Source: Eledone cirrhosa (lineage: Eukaryota). Taken from it: a stretch of 64,000 bases of DNA. The position numbers and the translations under genes were made by a program. The notes below the pieces were generated by a model. The model had not been told where the DNA came from, ran no database searches, and saw nothing but the letters and a program-made list of their open reading frames with translations. Below are positions 1 through 12,589 of this stretch, piece by piece (position 1 is the first letter of the stretch; each line of letters starts with the position of its first letter). The stretch is from NCBI GenBank assembly GCA_964016885.1, contig OZ024741.1:354206001-354270000 (forward strand), written 5' to 3'.

Positions 1-619
1 CACTATGTATGTGTGTATAGGTATTGATTATAAAGTTCTCAGTCTTATATACAATGAATTACAACAACAAAAACAAGCAATTTATGGCCATTTTCCCTGC
101 TAATGCAAGAGTTAACCATGCAGGACCCATGATAGGTTTTATCTTGAGGTCATTTCTGAAACAATGTTTTACAGCAGAATGCCTTTCCTGTCACCAACCC
201 TTTTAGTTGCCTTTTTATGAAATACAGTGCACCTATTCTAAAATGAATACACGGAGTGTGTACTGACTGTTACTGCAGCTGTTACCAATAGTTTATACTA
301 ACAATTAGTATTTTAGGATGACTAATTTCAAATGATATTAGAAGTAACACTTTAAGAAACAGAAGCAATGTCCTCAGCAGCAGAAATGAACAGAAACTCA
401 TTAACCTTTTTGTTCTAATGAAAAATACTATGGTTTTCAAATAATTTTGAAAATAATCAAAAAAGTGAAGGGATTTAGCAAAATAACTAACTTTTTCATT
501 ATTATACTGGTGTATGGAATATGACTTAACAAAGGTTCTTACAGAGAATTATGATGGAACGCTTTCATACAAATATGAACACTTTAAAATAAACAGCTTT
601 GTATCATAGAACCAAGATG

Positions 620-845
620 GTTAGAATGTCTCAGGAAAGAATTGCTGGACAGATTTTATGGGCAAAACCAACTGGCAGGAGACCCAGGGGTAGACCCCAA
701 GCAAGATGGTAGGATAACATCCATGAGCTTGACTGGTTTTGCTTGGGGATCCCGCTGGATCAGTTGGAAAAGGAAGCTTCTGACAGGACCTGCTGGAAGG
801 AGTGTTTGACGACTCTGCCCCCACAACCCTCTCAGGAATAAGTGG
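620..845 (+). mobile_element. RTE-type LINE 3' fragment (second family)
   Basis: GQILWAKPTGRRPRGRP-type end; related copies at 32637-32985 and 36345-37020. Confidence 0.75.
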
Positions 846-1045
846 ATGAAAAAGAAGATCATAGAACCAGAGACAGTTTCAGGCAGTTTAGTATCAAATG
901 AGTTAAAGAATTCAAATGACAAATATTAAAAAGAGTATATGATGGAAATAAGAAGTTTCAACGAACAAACTAAAAGCAGGATGTTGAATTGATTTCTGTA
1001 CACAAATGTTACAACTATTATAAAACACTGAATTCATCAACATAC

Positions 1046-1134
1046 CAGTGTGTTTTTCTTGTTTTGTTAATTGTAGCTGCTGTGGCAACATCTTTCAATG
1101 TTTCTTTTGTTTTCCTCTCAGCAGATTTCAAAGC
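1046..1134 (-). CDS. NEMF: NEMF exon 17 (gene continues beyond the left edge)
   Basis: ALKSAERKTKETLKDVATAATINKTRKTH(W); 89 nt; the 17 exons sum to 1478 nt in one open frame. Confidence 0.94.
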
Positions 1135-1653
1135 CTAAATTAATGAAATACACACACACATATATATATATAGTAATAATAATAAATGTGAAGACTAATA
1201 TACGTATAAGGTAAACAAGAATAACAAAACTAACAAAACAAACGATACAGTACATGGAAGGAAATATTAGTTTAATGCTTGAAATAGCAGGAAGAGGGTC
1301 TTAACTTTTCAGACACTAGACCTTCATAAGAAGAAAGAATGAGAAATTTAAAGAAGAAATAGAAAGATTGAGGAGACGGGTAGGGTGGAATAGGAAAAAT
1401 ATTTTTTTAAAGAAAAATAAGAGGTCCATTCATCTCTTATATATATAACCAAAAGAAGAGATTGTATCAAGTTCTTAATTCATTTAATGCTTTACAATTT
1501 ATCGGTGATGCCAGTTACTTAAAAGGATAAATTTATGTAGAACATGTATAAAGAAAAATAAAGAAAAAGAAAACATGACATTACCTCCTTAGAAGCAAAA
1601 ACAAGTGTAAAATAAAAAAATATATATTGAGGTAAAGCCCTGTAAGGCGACTA

Positions 1654-3849
1654 TATACTACTTTGTAAACATACTTGATGTAACAAAACTTATCTCCCTT
1701 GAGCAAAGTCATTTAGTAAACAATAATAATTTTCCCCTTCAGTTTTCTTTATAATAAATGTCCCATAAGATTACTATATCACCATTAAAACCCCTTCATT
1801 TTCGATATATGTAGCATATTTGGGGGGGGGGGGGGGGGTTTACACAAACATACCCTTATTATAAAGTGGTTGCATAGGTGTCACGACAAAAATCACTAAG
1901 CTCATACTGTAAAGCGTTGTGTTGCTGACACAAGAAAAAGTGCCCAGCCCACACTGTAAACTAGTCGTGTAAGGGTCAAAATAAAAAGTGCTCAGTCCAC
2001 ACTGTAAAGTGCTTATGAAGGTGTCATGTCAAAAAGCACCCAGTACACACTGTAAATGTAGTTGGCGTTAGGAAGGGCATCCAGCAGTAGAAACTGAAAT
2101 CAGTTATCATCAGAGCAAAACATGGTCCTCCAACCTGGCTGTCTCACAGTGAGGCAATTCATCACCTTATGACTGATCATCATCATCATCACTATTTTAC
2201 ATTCATTTTTCCACACCATGGGTTAGATGAGTTATCCTCTTGTGGGCAATGCAAGGTCGGATGACCATGTCTTGCTCATACAGAACTGAATTTGGCTTGG
2301 TTTCTGCAGCTGGATGCCCTTACATTGAGTAATGGGTGCTTTTTGTTGTGATGCCAACATGACTACTTTACAGTGTGGTCTGGATGCTTTTTGTTGTGAC
2401 ACCTACACAACCACTTTACAGTGTGGGCTGGGCACTTTTTGCTATTTCACCATAACGACCACTTGACTGTGGGCTTGGGGCTTCCTTGGATGTAAACTTC
2501 AGCTTGTCCTCATCATGATAGCAAATGTAATGATGCTAATATATAACAATTTTAAAAGGTTAGCCAATGAGAGAGCCTCAAGAAATTACTAGTATATCAG
2601 AATTGTCATGACGACTAAACAACAAAACTTAAAAAGAATCACAAAAGATGTCTTACTTTCGCAGAAGCATGAATGGTTTTCTGTTCTTTTTTGGCAGCTT
2701 GCCTCTTATTATCGAAATACCTTCAAGTATAAAGAAATATTACATATTTCAGTTGGTTTAATTACTTATGTCCATACATGCATACAAATGTATTTAGTAA
2801 ACCTCAGTTATTTCCATAATATTTTATTTTGATTTACTTTTAGAAAAAAAATAAATGTTGAAATAAAATTATAATTGTAATGTCTTTAATAAACAAGTAT
2901 ATTTGTTTGGAACAGCTAGTACAATGCAATAATAAAGAAAAACAAAAGGTAAATACTAACACACTAATACTCCATTTCCTTTCTTCGTTTTTTTGTTTTT
3001 TTTAATAATAGGTCCTAACCCTTAACCCTTTAACTTTATATTACTCTATATTTACTATTGTATTTTCGAATCTATGAGATTATGGTATTATTTATTTTGA
3101 GAACAATATCTTAACATAATTATGAGTGGTTAGTTACAGCCGGTTTGAACAGAAAGCGGTGAAAAAATTCTGGCCGGATATGGCTGGTTTAAATGCTAAA
3201 GGGCTAATATCATGAAATATAAGGTAAAAGTATAAAATGTTGTTTTGTTTGACTTATTTTACTTTACTGCTATTTTCACTCCTATACTTCTAACTTGCAT
3301 TGAACTGGCTTTCTCAAAACAATCCAAACCACATATCTCACTATGCTGCATATAAACTATCATTGTCAACCTTAAGTTCCTGCAACTGGTACAGTCAACC
3401 ATTGAGGTGCCGCTCTAGATGTGTTTTAAGTTAACAGTCACTACTGGTCTCCATCATGCACAGAAGGGTCACAGTGTTTTGACCTATCCAGTCCTTCATG
3501 TTGTCTGCCTTTTCTTTGCACTACATCAACTGTACTCTCAAAAATGGTTTCAGACAAAGAGTTATGGCAGGCAAGCTTCCATTTTTTTAACTTCACAAGA
3601 AGTGGTACCTGTTAGCATATTCGTTGACTTGATCATATAAACTATACTACTTTGTAAACATACTTGATGTAACAAAACTTATCTCCCTTGAGCAAAGTCA
3701 TTTAGTAAACAATAATAATTTTCCCCTTCAGTTTTCTTTATAATAAATGTCCCATAAGATTACTATATCACCATTAAAACCCCTTCATTTTCGATATATG
3801 TAGCATATGGGGGGGGGGGGGGGGGGGGTTACACAAACATACCCTTATT
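1654..3849. repeat. Near-identical 207-bp direct repeat pair (1654-1860, 3643-3849) with a poly-G tract
   Basis: Identical by eye except around the G run. Confidence 0.92.
2657..2720 (-). CDS. NEMF: NEMF exon 16
   Basis: YFDNKRQAAKKEQKTIHASAK; AAG acceptor, GTAAGA donor; 64 nt. Confidence 0.92.
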
Positions 3850-4123
3850 CTTATAAGTAAAATATCATTATTGCTATTAGGTACTAAAATAAACTAAACT
3901 ATGCAGTATATAGTATCTAAACTATGCAGTATATAGTATCGGTGGTTTAGCAGAATGAATAGAATCAGTACAAATGCTTTACAGTATTTGTTTTGGCTCT
4001 TTTCATTCTGAATTTATAAAGATGTGAAACAATAACAGAGAAAGCAACCAAATCTTTTTCATAGAATAATAATATCTCTTGGAATATTTAATGGAATGAT
4101 ATTTCATAGAATATTTCATGGAG

Positions 4124-4252
4124 TACTCTCAGGTCTCGAATAATTGTTAACCATGCCCGCTTATTAATTTTTCAGATTTTTTCTAATTACACACATGCAC
4201 TTATTCCAGCACCCACCCACAACCACCACCATTATTTTGAACCTGACAAGTA
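4124..4252. mobile_element. Small TA-flanked MITE
   Basis: TACTCTCAGGTCTCGAATAAT...ATTATTTTGAACCTGACAAGTA imperfect TIRs; the same left end recurs at 8631. Confidence 0.5.
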
Positions 4253-4336
4253 ATAATATATATCAGGGAATAATATTCCAGAATAATAATATTTAATGGA
4301 ATAATATTTAATGAAATAATATTTTTTTAAACTGAC

Positions 4337-4435
4337 CTTTTGGAATTGGCATAAGCACTGAGACCAAGATCAATGTTAATCATCAAAGACTTTGGTTGTT
4401 CGTCATCATCATCATCACTATCAACATAGGGATCA
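4337..4435 (-). CDS. NEMF: NEMF exon 15
   Basis: DPYVDSDDDDDEQPKSLMINIDLGLSAYANSK; CAG/GTCAGT; 99 nt. Confidence 0.93.
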
Positions 4436-4559
4436 CTGAAATATAAAAACAGATCAGCCATCAACATTTGAGATATAATTATTATTAGAATCATGAAAGC
4501 AGTAGATTGGCAGTATTGGTATTGTTAGACAAAATGCTTTATAGTATTTAGTTATGAAA

Positions 4560-5085
4560 TACAAAATGGCACTATACCCAATGACTGGTATAGCAGCAGC
4601 ATTGTCAACTGCTACAAGTGCAAAGGTGATGCACTAAACAAAGGAAACTACCAAGGCATCAAATTGATGGCCCAGTTCATAAAGTTTACAGAAAGAGTCA
4701 TTGTACAACTGATTAGGAATCAAATTAACCAAGATGAGATGCACTTTGAGTTTGTGCAAGGTAAAAAGTACCACTGATGCTTTCTTCCTTATGAGGAAAT
4801 TGAAAGTGGTCGTGTTGGTGACACAACAAAAAATGCCCAGTCCACACTGTAAAGTGGTCATGTTGGTGTAATGACAAAAAGCACTGAGTCCATACTGTAA
4901 AGTGGTCGTTTTCGTGCCACAATAAAAATCACCTAGTACACACTATAAATCTGGTTAGCGTCAGAAAGAGCATCAAGTCGTAGAAACCAAGCTATAAATA
5001 GTTCAGTATGAACAAGACACAGTTATCTGATCTGACTTATCCCACAGCAGGACAACTCATCTAACCCAGCGTGTTAGCATGGAAC
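4560..5085 (+). mobile_element. Internally deleted RTE LINE (RT fragment joined to 3' UTR)
   Basis: IVNCYK.KGDAL...GIKL...GKSTTDAF-like coding remnant, then 3' UTR subrepeats from ~4802. Confidence 0.75.
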
Positions 5086-6518
5086 AGATAAAATATTTAA
5101 AATGTCAATCGTATCTTTAATACTTAGTGGTTATTTCTAATTAAACTATGGAATTTCCACAGGGTTAGCTAGTTATTTTTAAACTACAATGGAAATTTAC
5201 ATTTTACAGTTGTTTTCTTGTCACAGTGACTAATAGAGTTATGTGCCCTTGCCTGCAGTAAAAGCATTTTTTATGTTTAGTAGACTACTTCTACTCTGTA
5301 ACTCAAAAAGAAATAATTCTAAACTAAGTATGCATTAAATAAAAGATGAAACTTTATTCATAAAGAAAATATTTCATCTATAAAATACAACAGCATCAAT
5401 AAATCAATTCTGAATGGTAAACAGACAACCACAGTACTATTAAATAGCTTTATTGTTCACATAACTACCAGATTTGATATTAGTATGTCATTATCAGTAT
5501 TTACTGGCTTTAAAACTATTGATCCTTTTGATATCAAACATCTTCTATGATATAAAACTGTCCATTTTAAAATAACCATACATTAAAGTTGGATGTCCTT
5601 CCTAATGCCAACCACTTTACTGCATGTACCAGGTTCATTTTCTCATGATGCCACCACTACCACCTGACAGGGTGGACTGGGTACTTTTTTGTGGAGTTAG
5701 CACTATCGTTTTACAGTGTAAACTTGGGGCATTTTGTCATGACACCAGCACTTCCACTTTTAAATAATGTTCCAAACATCAGTTTACTTATGAAAAAAAT
5801 GTTACAAAATTCCTCAAAAATGTTTATCTTCAAAATTAATTGAATCACATTTGAAGTGTATTTCATTAGAAATATGATGACAAAGGGATTAATGGCATCT
5901 ATCTCTTCTCACAGGATATAAATAAACACAGCAAAACCACAGCACTGTAAGTTACCAAAAGATATATAAGTTATAGAATACCATTATTTGTTGCTCATAT
6001 GTAAGCTATTAACAGCTAGGTTGACTAAGTGTCTTTACTAAGAACTCAGTTCAGCACCTGTGACAAGATATGAAGCATCAACATTTTCATCTTAACAATT
6101 CCACCAGCTATGTGTCTCCACAATAGCAAATTTAAATATGAGCTCTTCAATGTATACATGGATGGACTCATAACTCCAGATGGAGTTATGGGAGCGCTGT
6201 AGTAACATACCATGTGTCTTGGATACTTTTTTAAACCTAACAGAGCCCATCTCCATTCTCAGGTCTGAACACACCTGATTTCATCCAGAGAAGGACAGAG
6301 AGAGAATGAGAGAGAAGATGAGAAAAATTTAAAGAGGAAGAATCAACCCCAGTACTGGTCTGGTACTTTTTGAAGGGATGAAAGACAAAGTTAACCTCAA
6401 TGGGTTTTCAACTCAGAGCATAGAGAGTCAGAACAAAAACTGCAAAATATTTTATCCAACTCTCTATATAGACTCTGCCAATTTGTCACCTAAGCTCTTC
6501 AATAAAATATATACTCAC

Positions 6519-6679
6519 TTGAGACGCATGGTGATATGATTGGTTTCCAATTTTAGGGATTTTATGGCACAAGCAACCGGATCCTGTTGCAGTTGAGCAT
6601 GTTTCAATAATTCAGAAATTTCTGACCAGTTGATTTGATTGGCTAAAGCACTTCGAACAACTCTTATGGCTTGGTCAAC
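6519..6679 (-). CDS. NEMF: NEMF exon 14
   Basis: [53 protein letters not shown]; 161 nt. Confidence 0.95.
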
Positions 6680-7395
6680 CTAAAGTAATTCCAAATGAAA
6701 CAATTTAGTTTAAATATAGTTAATAGATTTACCAATAATGTTAGAATTGATAAGGCTACTACCCATTTATCTGTTAGTTCTTAGTTTAGCTGTTTCAGCC
6801 AAGCCTGTGGATTTTTCCTATAGTTTTCATTTGTTCCTAATCAATCTGCTGGCACTACTAACAAATTACTATCTTAGTAATGAAATGATTAATAATTTTA
6901 TTAAATTGCTCGAAATTCATCATTAATTCATTGAAACAGTCAATTTTATTAGAAATATGGTAACAAAAGTATTATATGATTGTGAAACTCTGCTCAATAC
7001 ACGAGCTGACCAGAATGGTTTAACAATAAATGAATAATAATAATACTATATCCAACAAATAAATTTATTTAGTAACTATAACTGATGAACAGAAATTAAT
7101 TAATTCTCATAAAATTGTAGGAATCTCAAATGCAGAAATAGTTGTAAAACAGCCAGATACTATCATGAATAACAAGGGGTAGGATTAAAATATAACCTCT
7201 TATGAACGAAAGAACAGTCAGAGAAGAGAAATAAAGAAAGAAAAAACAAAAGGAATAGAGTGTAAAACATGACGAGAGATTGGAGAGGTATAAAGGAAGA
7301 TAAGAAAAGAGGGAATTAAAGCAATAGAGCATAAAATTTGACATAGAGAATTAAGAAAGGTAAGAATTAAGAAATTAATTCTCATAATGACATAC

Positions 7396-7443
7396 CAGTG
7401 TTAGGTTGTATTCAATAAGCTGACCTTTTAAAGTATCCAACTC
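7396..7443 (-). CDS. NEMF: NEMF exon 13
   Basis: ELDTLKGQLIEYNLTL; CAG/GTATGT; 48 nt. Confidence 0.92.
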
Positions 7444-7528
7444 CTGAAATTTAAAATTTTCTTGGCATGAAAATTATTGATAATAAAAAAACTAAAAAAT
7501 CAAAAATACAATGAATCATAATATATAA

Positions 7529-8135
7529 TTATTTCTACTTTAGGCACAAGGCCAGCAATTTGAAGGGGAGAGGAAAGTTGATTAAATCGACTCCGGTACT
7601 CACTGGTGCTTTATCTTATCTATACGGATGAAAGGCAAAGCTAAACTCAGCAAGATTTGAACTCAGAACGTAAAAGGTTGTAACTCTCTGCCGCGAAGCA
7701 TGGTGTCCGACGCACTACTGATACTGCCAATCCATGAATACATAATTGTTTCTATTTTTGGCACAAGGCCATAAATTACCCCCAGTGCATTACTGGTGCT
7801 TTATTTTATCGACCCCATAAGGATGAAAGGCAAAGTTAACTTTGGTGGGATTTGAACTTAGAACGTCAAGGGCCATAACTCTATGATGCAAAGCATGGTG
7901 TCTGACGCTCTACCGATACTGTACAAACTTAACACATAATGATTTCTAATTTAGGCACAAGGCCAGTAATTTGTGAGCAATAGAAATTCAATTATATTGA
8001 CCTCAGTACTTTACAGCTACTTTACTTTATCAATTCCAAATAGATGAATGGCAACATTGACCTTGGCGGGATTTGAATTCAGAGCATAAAGAGTCAGAAG
8101 AAATACTTCAAAGCATTTTTTCTGAGGCCCTAACG
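7529..8135 (-). mobile_element. Three consecutive same-orientation SINE copies
   Basis: TTTCTA.TTT.GGCACAAGGCC...GGATGAAAGGCAAAG...GGATTTGAACTCAG repeated at ~7529, 7743 and 7938. Confidence 0.85.
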
Positions 8136-9631
8136 GTCAAGTGACGGGATTTGGCTATCTTCCTCTCCTCAGCATTACAGTCAGCAGTTCATGGCCTTGT
8201 CATTAGATTCATGCTGTGGATATGACTGAAGATCAACAATTAATCTCATATTAAAATCACTTCACTCACAGAGCCACAAACAAGAGGATATCTTACTTGA
8301 CTATGAGATATTCAGCCACAATACTGAAGCAGCTAAGTGTATATGATTGAGAAGAGGTACAGCATATGCCTGTGTGTCATTAGAAGCAACCAAAAGGGTT
8401 GGTATCAGGAAGCACATCTGGCTGTAAAACATTGCCATCAAAGTTCCATCCATGTCAGCATAGAAAGAAAAAAAAATCAACGTAAAACGATGATGAATAT
8501 ATCAATTCACATGCACTCAACATTTCTTGTAAATAAATGTTCCATATTCAATCAGTAATATTCAATACATCATCAATCATTACTTAATTAGAGCTACTGA
8601 TCTTTCAGATTGGCAGGAACCCATCTCACATACTCTCGGGTCTTGAATAATCATCCCCCACGTGTATTAATTTTTCAGATTTTTTCCAAACTCCACTCTG
8701 CTTATTAAATTTTGCTAATCTATCTCCAACAATTAATTTTCTTTATACTTAAAAAAAAACATTATACATGACAAAAAAAGAAGATTACAAGAAATCATAT
8801 AAGTTATAAAATAAATAGGATGGGCTTATAGTCTCAATATCTAAACTAAGTAACTAATTTTGTTTTTTTGTAAAAATCAGGAGACATATATTTGATGAGT
8901 ACATATACCCATTCACTCAGTAATTTTCTGAAATAGGCATTGTATTTCAGAATAATACTAAGAACAAATGGTTGTATATAAAGTTAAGTTAGTGGTTGTT
9001 GAGGAATAAGAGGATAAACACGATAAATACAATAATTTTGGTTAGATGTGTAACTTTACTTTACTTCAGCAAAAGGAAAAAGAATATGATTACTTCGAAT
9101 CATAAAAATATAAAGTATAATGATAGCACTCACAAATGAATCCAGTGTTTGAAAAGTCCTTTGTTTTGCTGGAGAATCTTTGTTTAAATGTGCTATGGTC
9201 AAATAGAAGGTGACAAGTTGTAGTCAGTCAGTATTACCAGCATAGGTAGTAGTAAGCATGCAGTGCAAGGAGGCTGTGTCATCTATATCAAAGGCAGATG
9301 ATTCTCTGTATTGAGTTGAAATGTCGACAGAAGAATTGCTATCGGGCCCTTGTCGACAGGGCCAAAGATTTTTTGCTAAGTGCTACATCTCGCTACTTGC
9401 TTGAGCAGGTCAAAGTGATGCTTCTCTTCCGAGTTACCAGAGTCGAATGAGACAAAGAAAAACCTATCTTGCTTCATCTCAAGTTAACCAGCCACTCCAG
9501 ATAAATGACACCAACCAAGATAAAGAGAAATAGCAGCCAGATGTCATTCCAGGGTCAGTATGTATGAAGAGATTTTGCTATGTATATACCCATCAAATAC
9601 ATGTTTCCTTATGGTTGATTGGATAATATAC

Positions 9632-9681
9632 ATGTCTTCTGATGAGTCGTTCAATAAAATCCGAAAATTGATTAAAGATGT
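9632..9681 (+). ncRNA. Degenerate hammerhead-like motif
   Basis: ATGTCTT-CTGATGA-(17 nt, weak stem II)-GAAA-ATTGAT-TA-AAGATGT; 7-bp stem I including 2 G-U pairs. Confidence 0.35.
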
Positions 9682-9843
9682 TTATCATTTTTTTCAATTT
9701 ACAGGGAAACTTGTGAATATTTTAAAACACATTGGTGCAGTCACAGTTACACACTCTGTATTTATACAGATATAACTTTATTCTTCATATAGTCTGCATT
9801 TTTACTAAATAAAAGATGAGACAATTTAAAATAAAATATATAC

Positions 9844-9921
9844 CTGAATTTTTTGTAATTCTTGCATTCTTTTTTCATGGTCTTTTTTCACATTTTCTAA
9901 TTTTTTCACTGCAATTTTCTC
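9844..9921 (-). CDS. NEMF: NEMF exon 12
   Basis: EKIAVKKLENVKKDHEKRMQELQKIQ; 78 nt. Confidence 0.93.
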
Positions 9922-10398
9922 CTGAAGTAAGAAATTAACATTTAATTAAAATAGATAGATAAATAAATAAATACACACACACACAAACTCGAATATAACC
10001 CATGCTCAGCCCAAGTACACATCTCACAAAAACAAGATGGTGTAGGACAGAAAAAAGGAGAGACACAAAGTAACAACAAAGGTAGTCACTGAGCAAGTCA
10101 CAGAATGTGTGACGAAAGAGCTTTCACAACAACTTAACAACCATCTGGTTATTAAACTAACCGACTGGGAGTTTATGATAAATTGAAATGAAATCCAACA
10201 GGTGAGTGTGTTTTTATTAGCAGCATGACCCTCCCAAAGTATAACAATATTTCATTAATGATTTAGTATTAAAAAAAAAATATCAAGTTAAATTATAATT
10301 GATATGGTAGGAAATCTAATTCAAAATAAATTTACTTTTTAATCTATAGCAAGAATAATACTTTATAGTAAATGCATTAATAAACATTTGGAAAGTCA

Positions 10399-10615
10399 TT
10401 CAACCCTTTAGCATTTACATTACTCTATATTTACTATCATATTTTCGTGGTGAAAGCTTTATCTCACATAATATCGAATCTATGAGATTTTGATATAATT
10501 CATTTTGAGAACAATACCTTAAACTCGGTATCAGTGGCTGGTTACAGCCAGTTTGAACAGAAAGAGGTGAGAGAATTCTGGCCAAATACGACCAGTTTAA
10601 ATCCTAAAAGGTTAA
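10399..10615. mobile_element. piggyBac-type MITE
   Basis: Consensus ends (TTAA)CCCTTTAGCATTTA...TAAATGCTAAAGGG(TTAA); related copies at 3022-3207, 26556-26705 and 29912-30109. Confidence 0.75.
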
Positions 10616-10647
10616 GGAAAAATCCACAATCTTTAAATAAGAAATAC

Positions 10648-10710
10648 CTGTTGTAATATCTTCATATCTAATTTTTGGGTTTCTAATTTAGAAAAAAATT
10701 CATCGACAGC
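10648..10710 (-). CDS. NEMF: NEMF exon 11
   Basis: AVDEFFSKLETQKLDMKILQQ; 63 nt. Confidence 0.94.
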
Positions 10711-11176
10711 CTGTAAAAAAATGAAAGGTAAATAAAACATCAAGAACACAAACAAAAATGACACAAAATATGAATGGCATCTTAACAGTTTTTTCTTTAA
10801 ATATATTATATAGATTATATAAATCTTATACATAAAATATAAAAACACATTACATAAAGTATACCTTTTGCATAAACTATATATACCTTTTAAATGAAAT
10901 ATACATACTATTTACATAAATACATACCTTTTACCTATATATAATGCCATGTATATTCCAGTTTTTCTAATATGCAACCCATGCTAACGTAGAAAGTGGA
11001 TGTTAAATGATGATGATAATGTATCATCGTTAAAAGAGGAAACTAAAAGGGTTGGGAGCAGGAAGAGTATCAAACTGTAAAACCATCTCATCCATGACAA
11101 TGATGATATATTAAATCTATTACATAGATTATATAAATCATAAAATGTATACACATTTTTACATCAAATATATATA

Positions 11177-12057
11177 CAGGGTGTGGACAATATTTGTTCA
11201 ACTGCTAATTTTATGCAAATTTTTTTTACTTCCGTTGTCACTCGTCTTCATAAAAACAGTGACTATATTTCCATTATTTATTTTCAGAATAATTGATTAT
11301 GAATAATTTTGAACCTCCAAATTTGTGGAAGAGACACAGAGTTCTTCTTTGAATCTGCGCCGGGAGGACAAATAAGACCAGCAGATCAACTCCCAGAACA
11401 ACAGGTGGCTCGCTGTCTCATCCAAAGACATGCACAGAGTCATGCAGACAAAGTTTCCAGCGACAACATTGGTCTTAGGTGTCATCAGCAGTCAAGGTGA
11501 CGTCATGCCACCTCACTTCTTCCCTGAGGGCCTCAAGCTGAACACCGATGGCTACATCCGCATTCTGAGCAACGTAGTAAAGCCCTGGATCGACCAGGTA
11601 GCTGCAGGTAGGCCGTACATGTGGCAGCAAGACTCAGCACCCTGCCATACAAGCCGAAAGACCCAAGCCTGGCTGTCAGAGAACTTTGTCGACCACACTT
11701 CACCTGGCATCTGGCCTCCCAGCTCACCTGACTGCAACCCCCTCGACTTCTTTGTGTGGGGCGCAGTGGAACGAGACACCAACAGATCTAGCTGCAATAC
11801 GAAAGACGATCTGAAGGCCAGGATCACAAGTGCCTTTAGGGGCCTAAGTCGGGAGACAGTGACAAAGGCCTGTAGCCGGTTCCGAGGCCGCCTTGAGGCC
11901 GTCATCAAAGCCAATGGCGGGTTTATCGAGTGAGATCGAATGAACAAGTCATGAAGACAAACTGACCCAAGTTTGATAAATATATCTTAAAAAATAAAAC
12001 TACTGTGTTATATTTTCCTAGACAATAATCTTGCGAACAGATATCGTCCGCACCCTG
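11177..12057 (+). mobile_element. Tc1/mariner DD37D (maT) transposon with internal deletion
   Basis: TA-flanked imperfect TIRs (CAGGGTGTGGACAATATTTGTTC / CAGGGTGCGGACGATATCTGTTC); ORF 11430-11933 QQDSAPCH...WPPSSPDCNPLD with 37 residues between the two Ds; first catalytic D region absent. Confidence 0.92.
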
Positions 12058-12402
12058 TATATACACACCTTTTACATACTATATATATAAAGAGAGATAG
12101 AAAGATATATAGATATCATTTACATAAATAAATGTACTCAGTACACTCTGTAAAGTGGTTAATGATAGAAAAGGCATCCAATTGTAGAAAACCTGCCAAA
12201 CAAATGGTCAAGGGAATTCTTCTGACACATGTAAGTGAGCACACAGCCTGTCAAAGTACTAGGTAGAACATGGAAATGTATATAAGCAAGATGCAGACCC
12301 TTGGCTCATCTGAGAGGTCAGTAGCTCCACTTGAGTACTGACTTGGTCTGTGAAGACTCATCCAACCCTTACTAGCAGAGAAGACAGACATTAAATGATA
12401 AT

Positions 12403-12589
12403 TGTTTCTACTTTTGGCACAAGGCCAGCAATTATCCAGTATATTACTGGTACTTTATTTTATCGACCCCTGTAAGGATGAAAGGCAAAGTTAACCTCGG
12501 CGGGATTTGAACTCATAACGTAAAGGGACGTAACTATGCTAGAAAGCATGGCATCCAACCCTCTACCGATACTGCCAATTCACCGCCCT
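12403..12589 (-). mobile_element. tRNA-derived SINE
   Basis: Same family; 13-bp TSD ATTAAATGATAAT. Confidence 0.9.

Noticed and set aside
1295-1335. Possible minus-strand hammerhead remnant
   Set aside because: Core mutated (CTTATGA) and stems not convincing; too decayed to support
7081-7105. CTGATGA...GAAA hammerhead-like words
   Set aside because: Only 3 nt separate the boxes, so there is no stem II, and no convincing stem I
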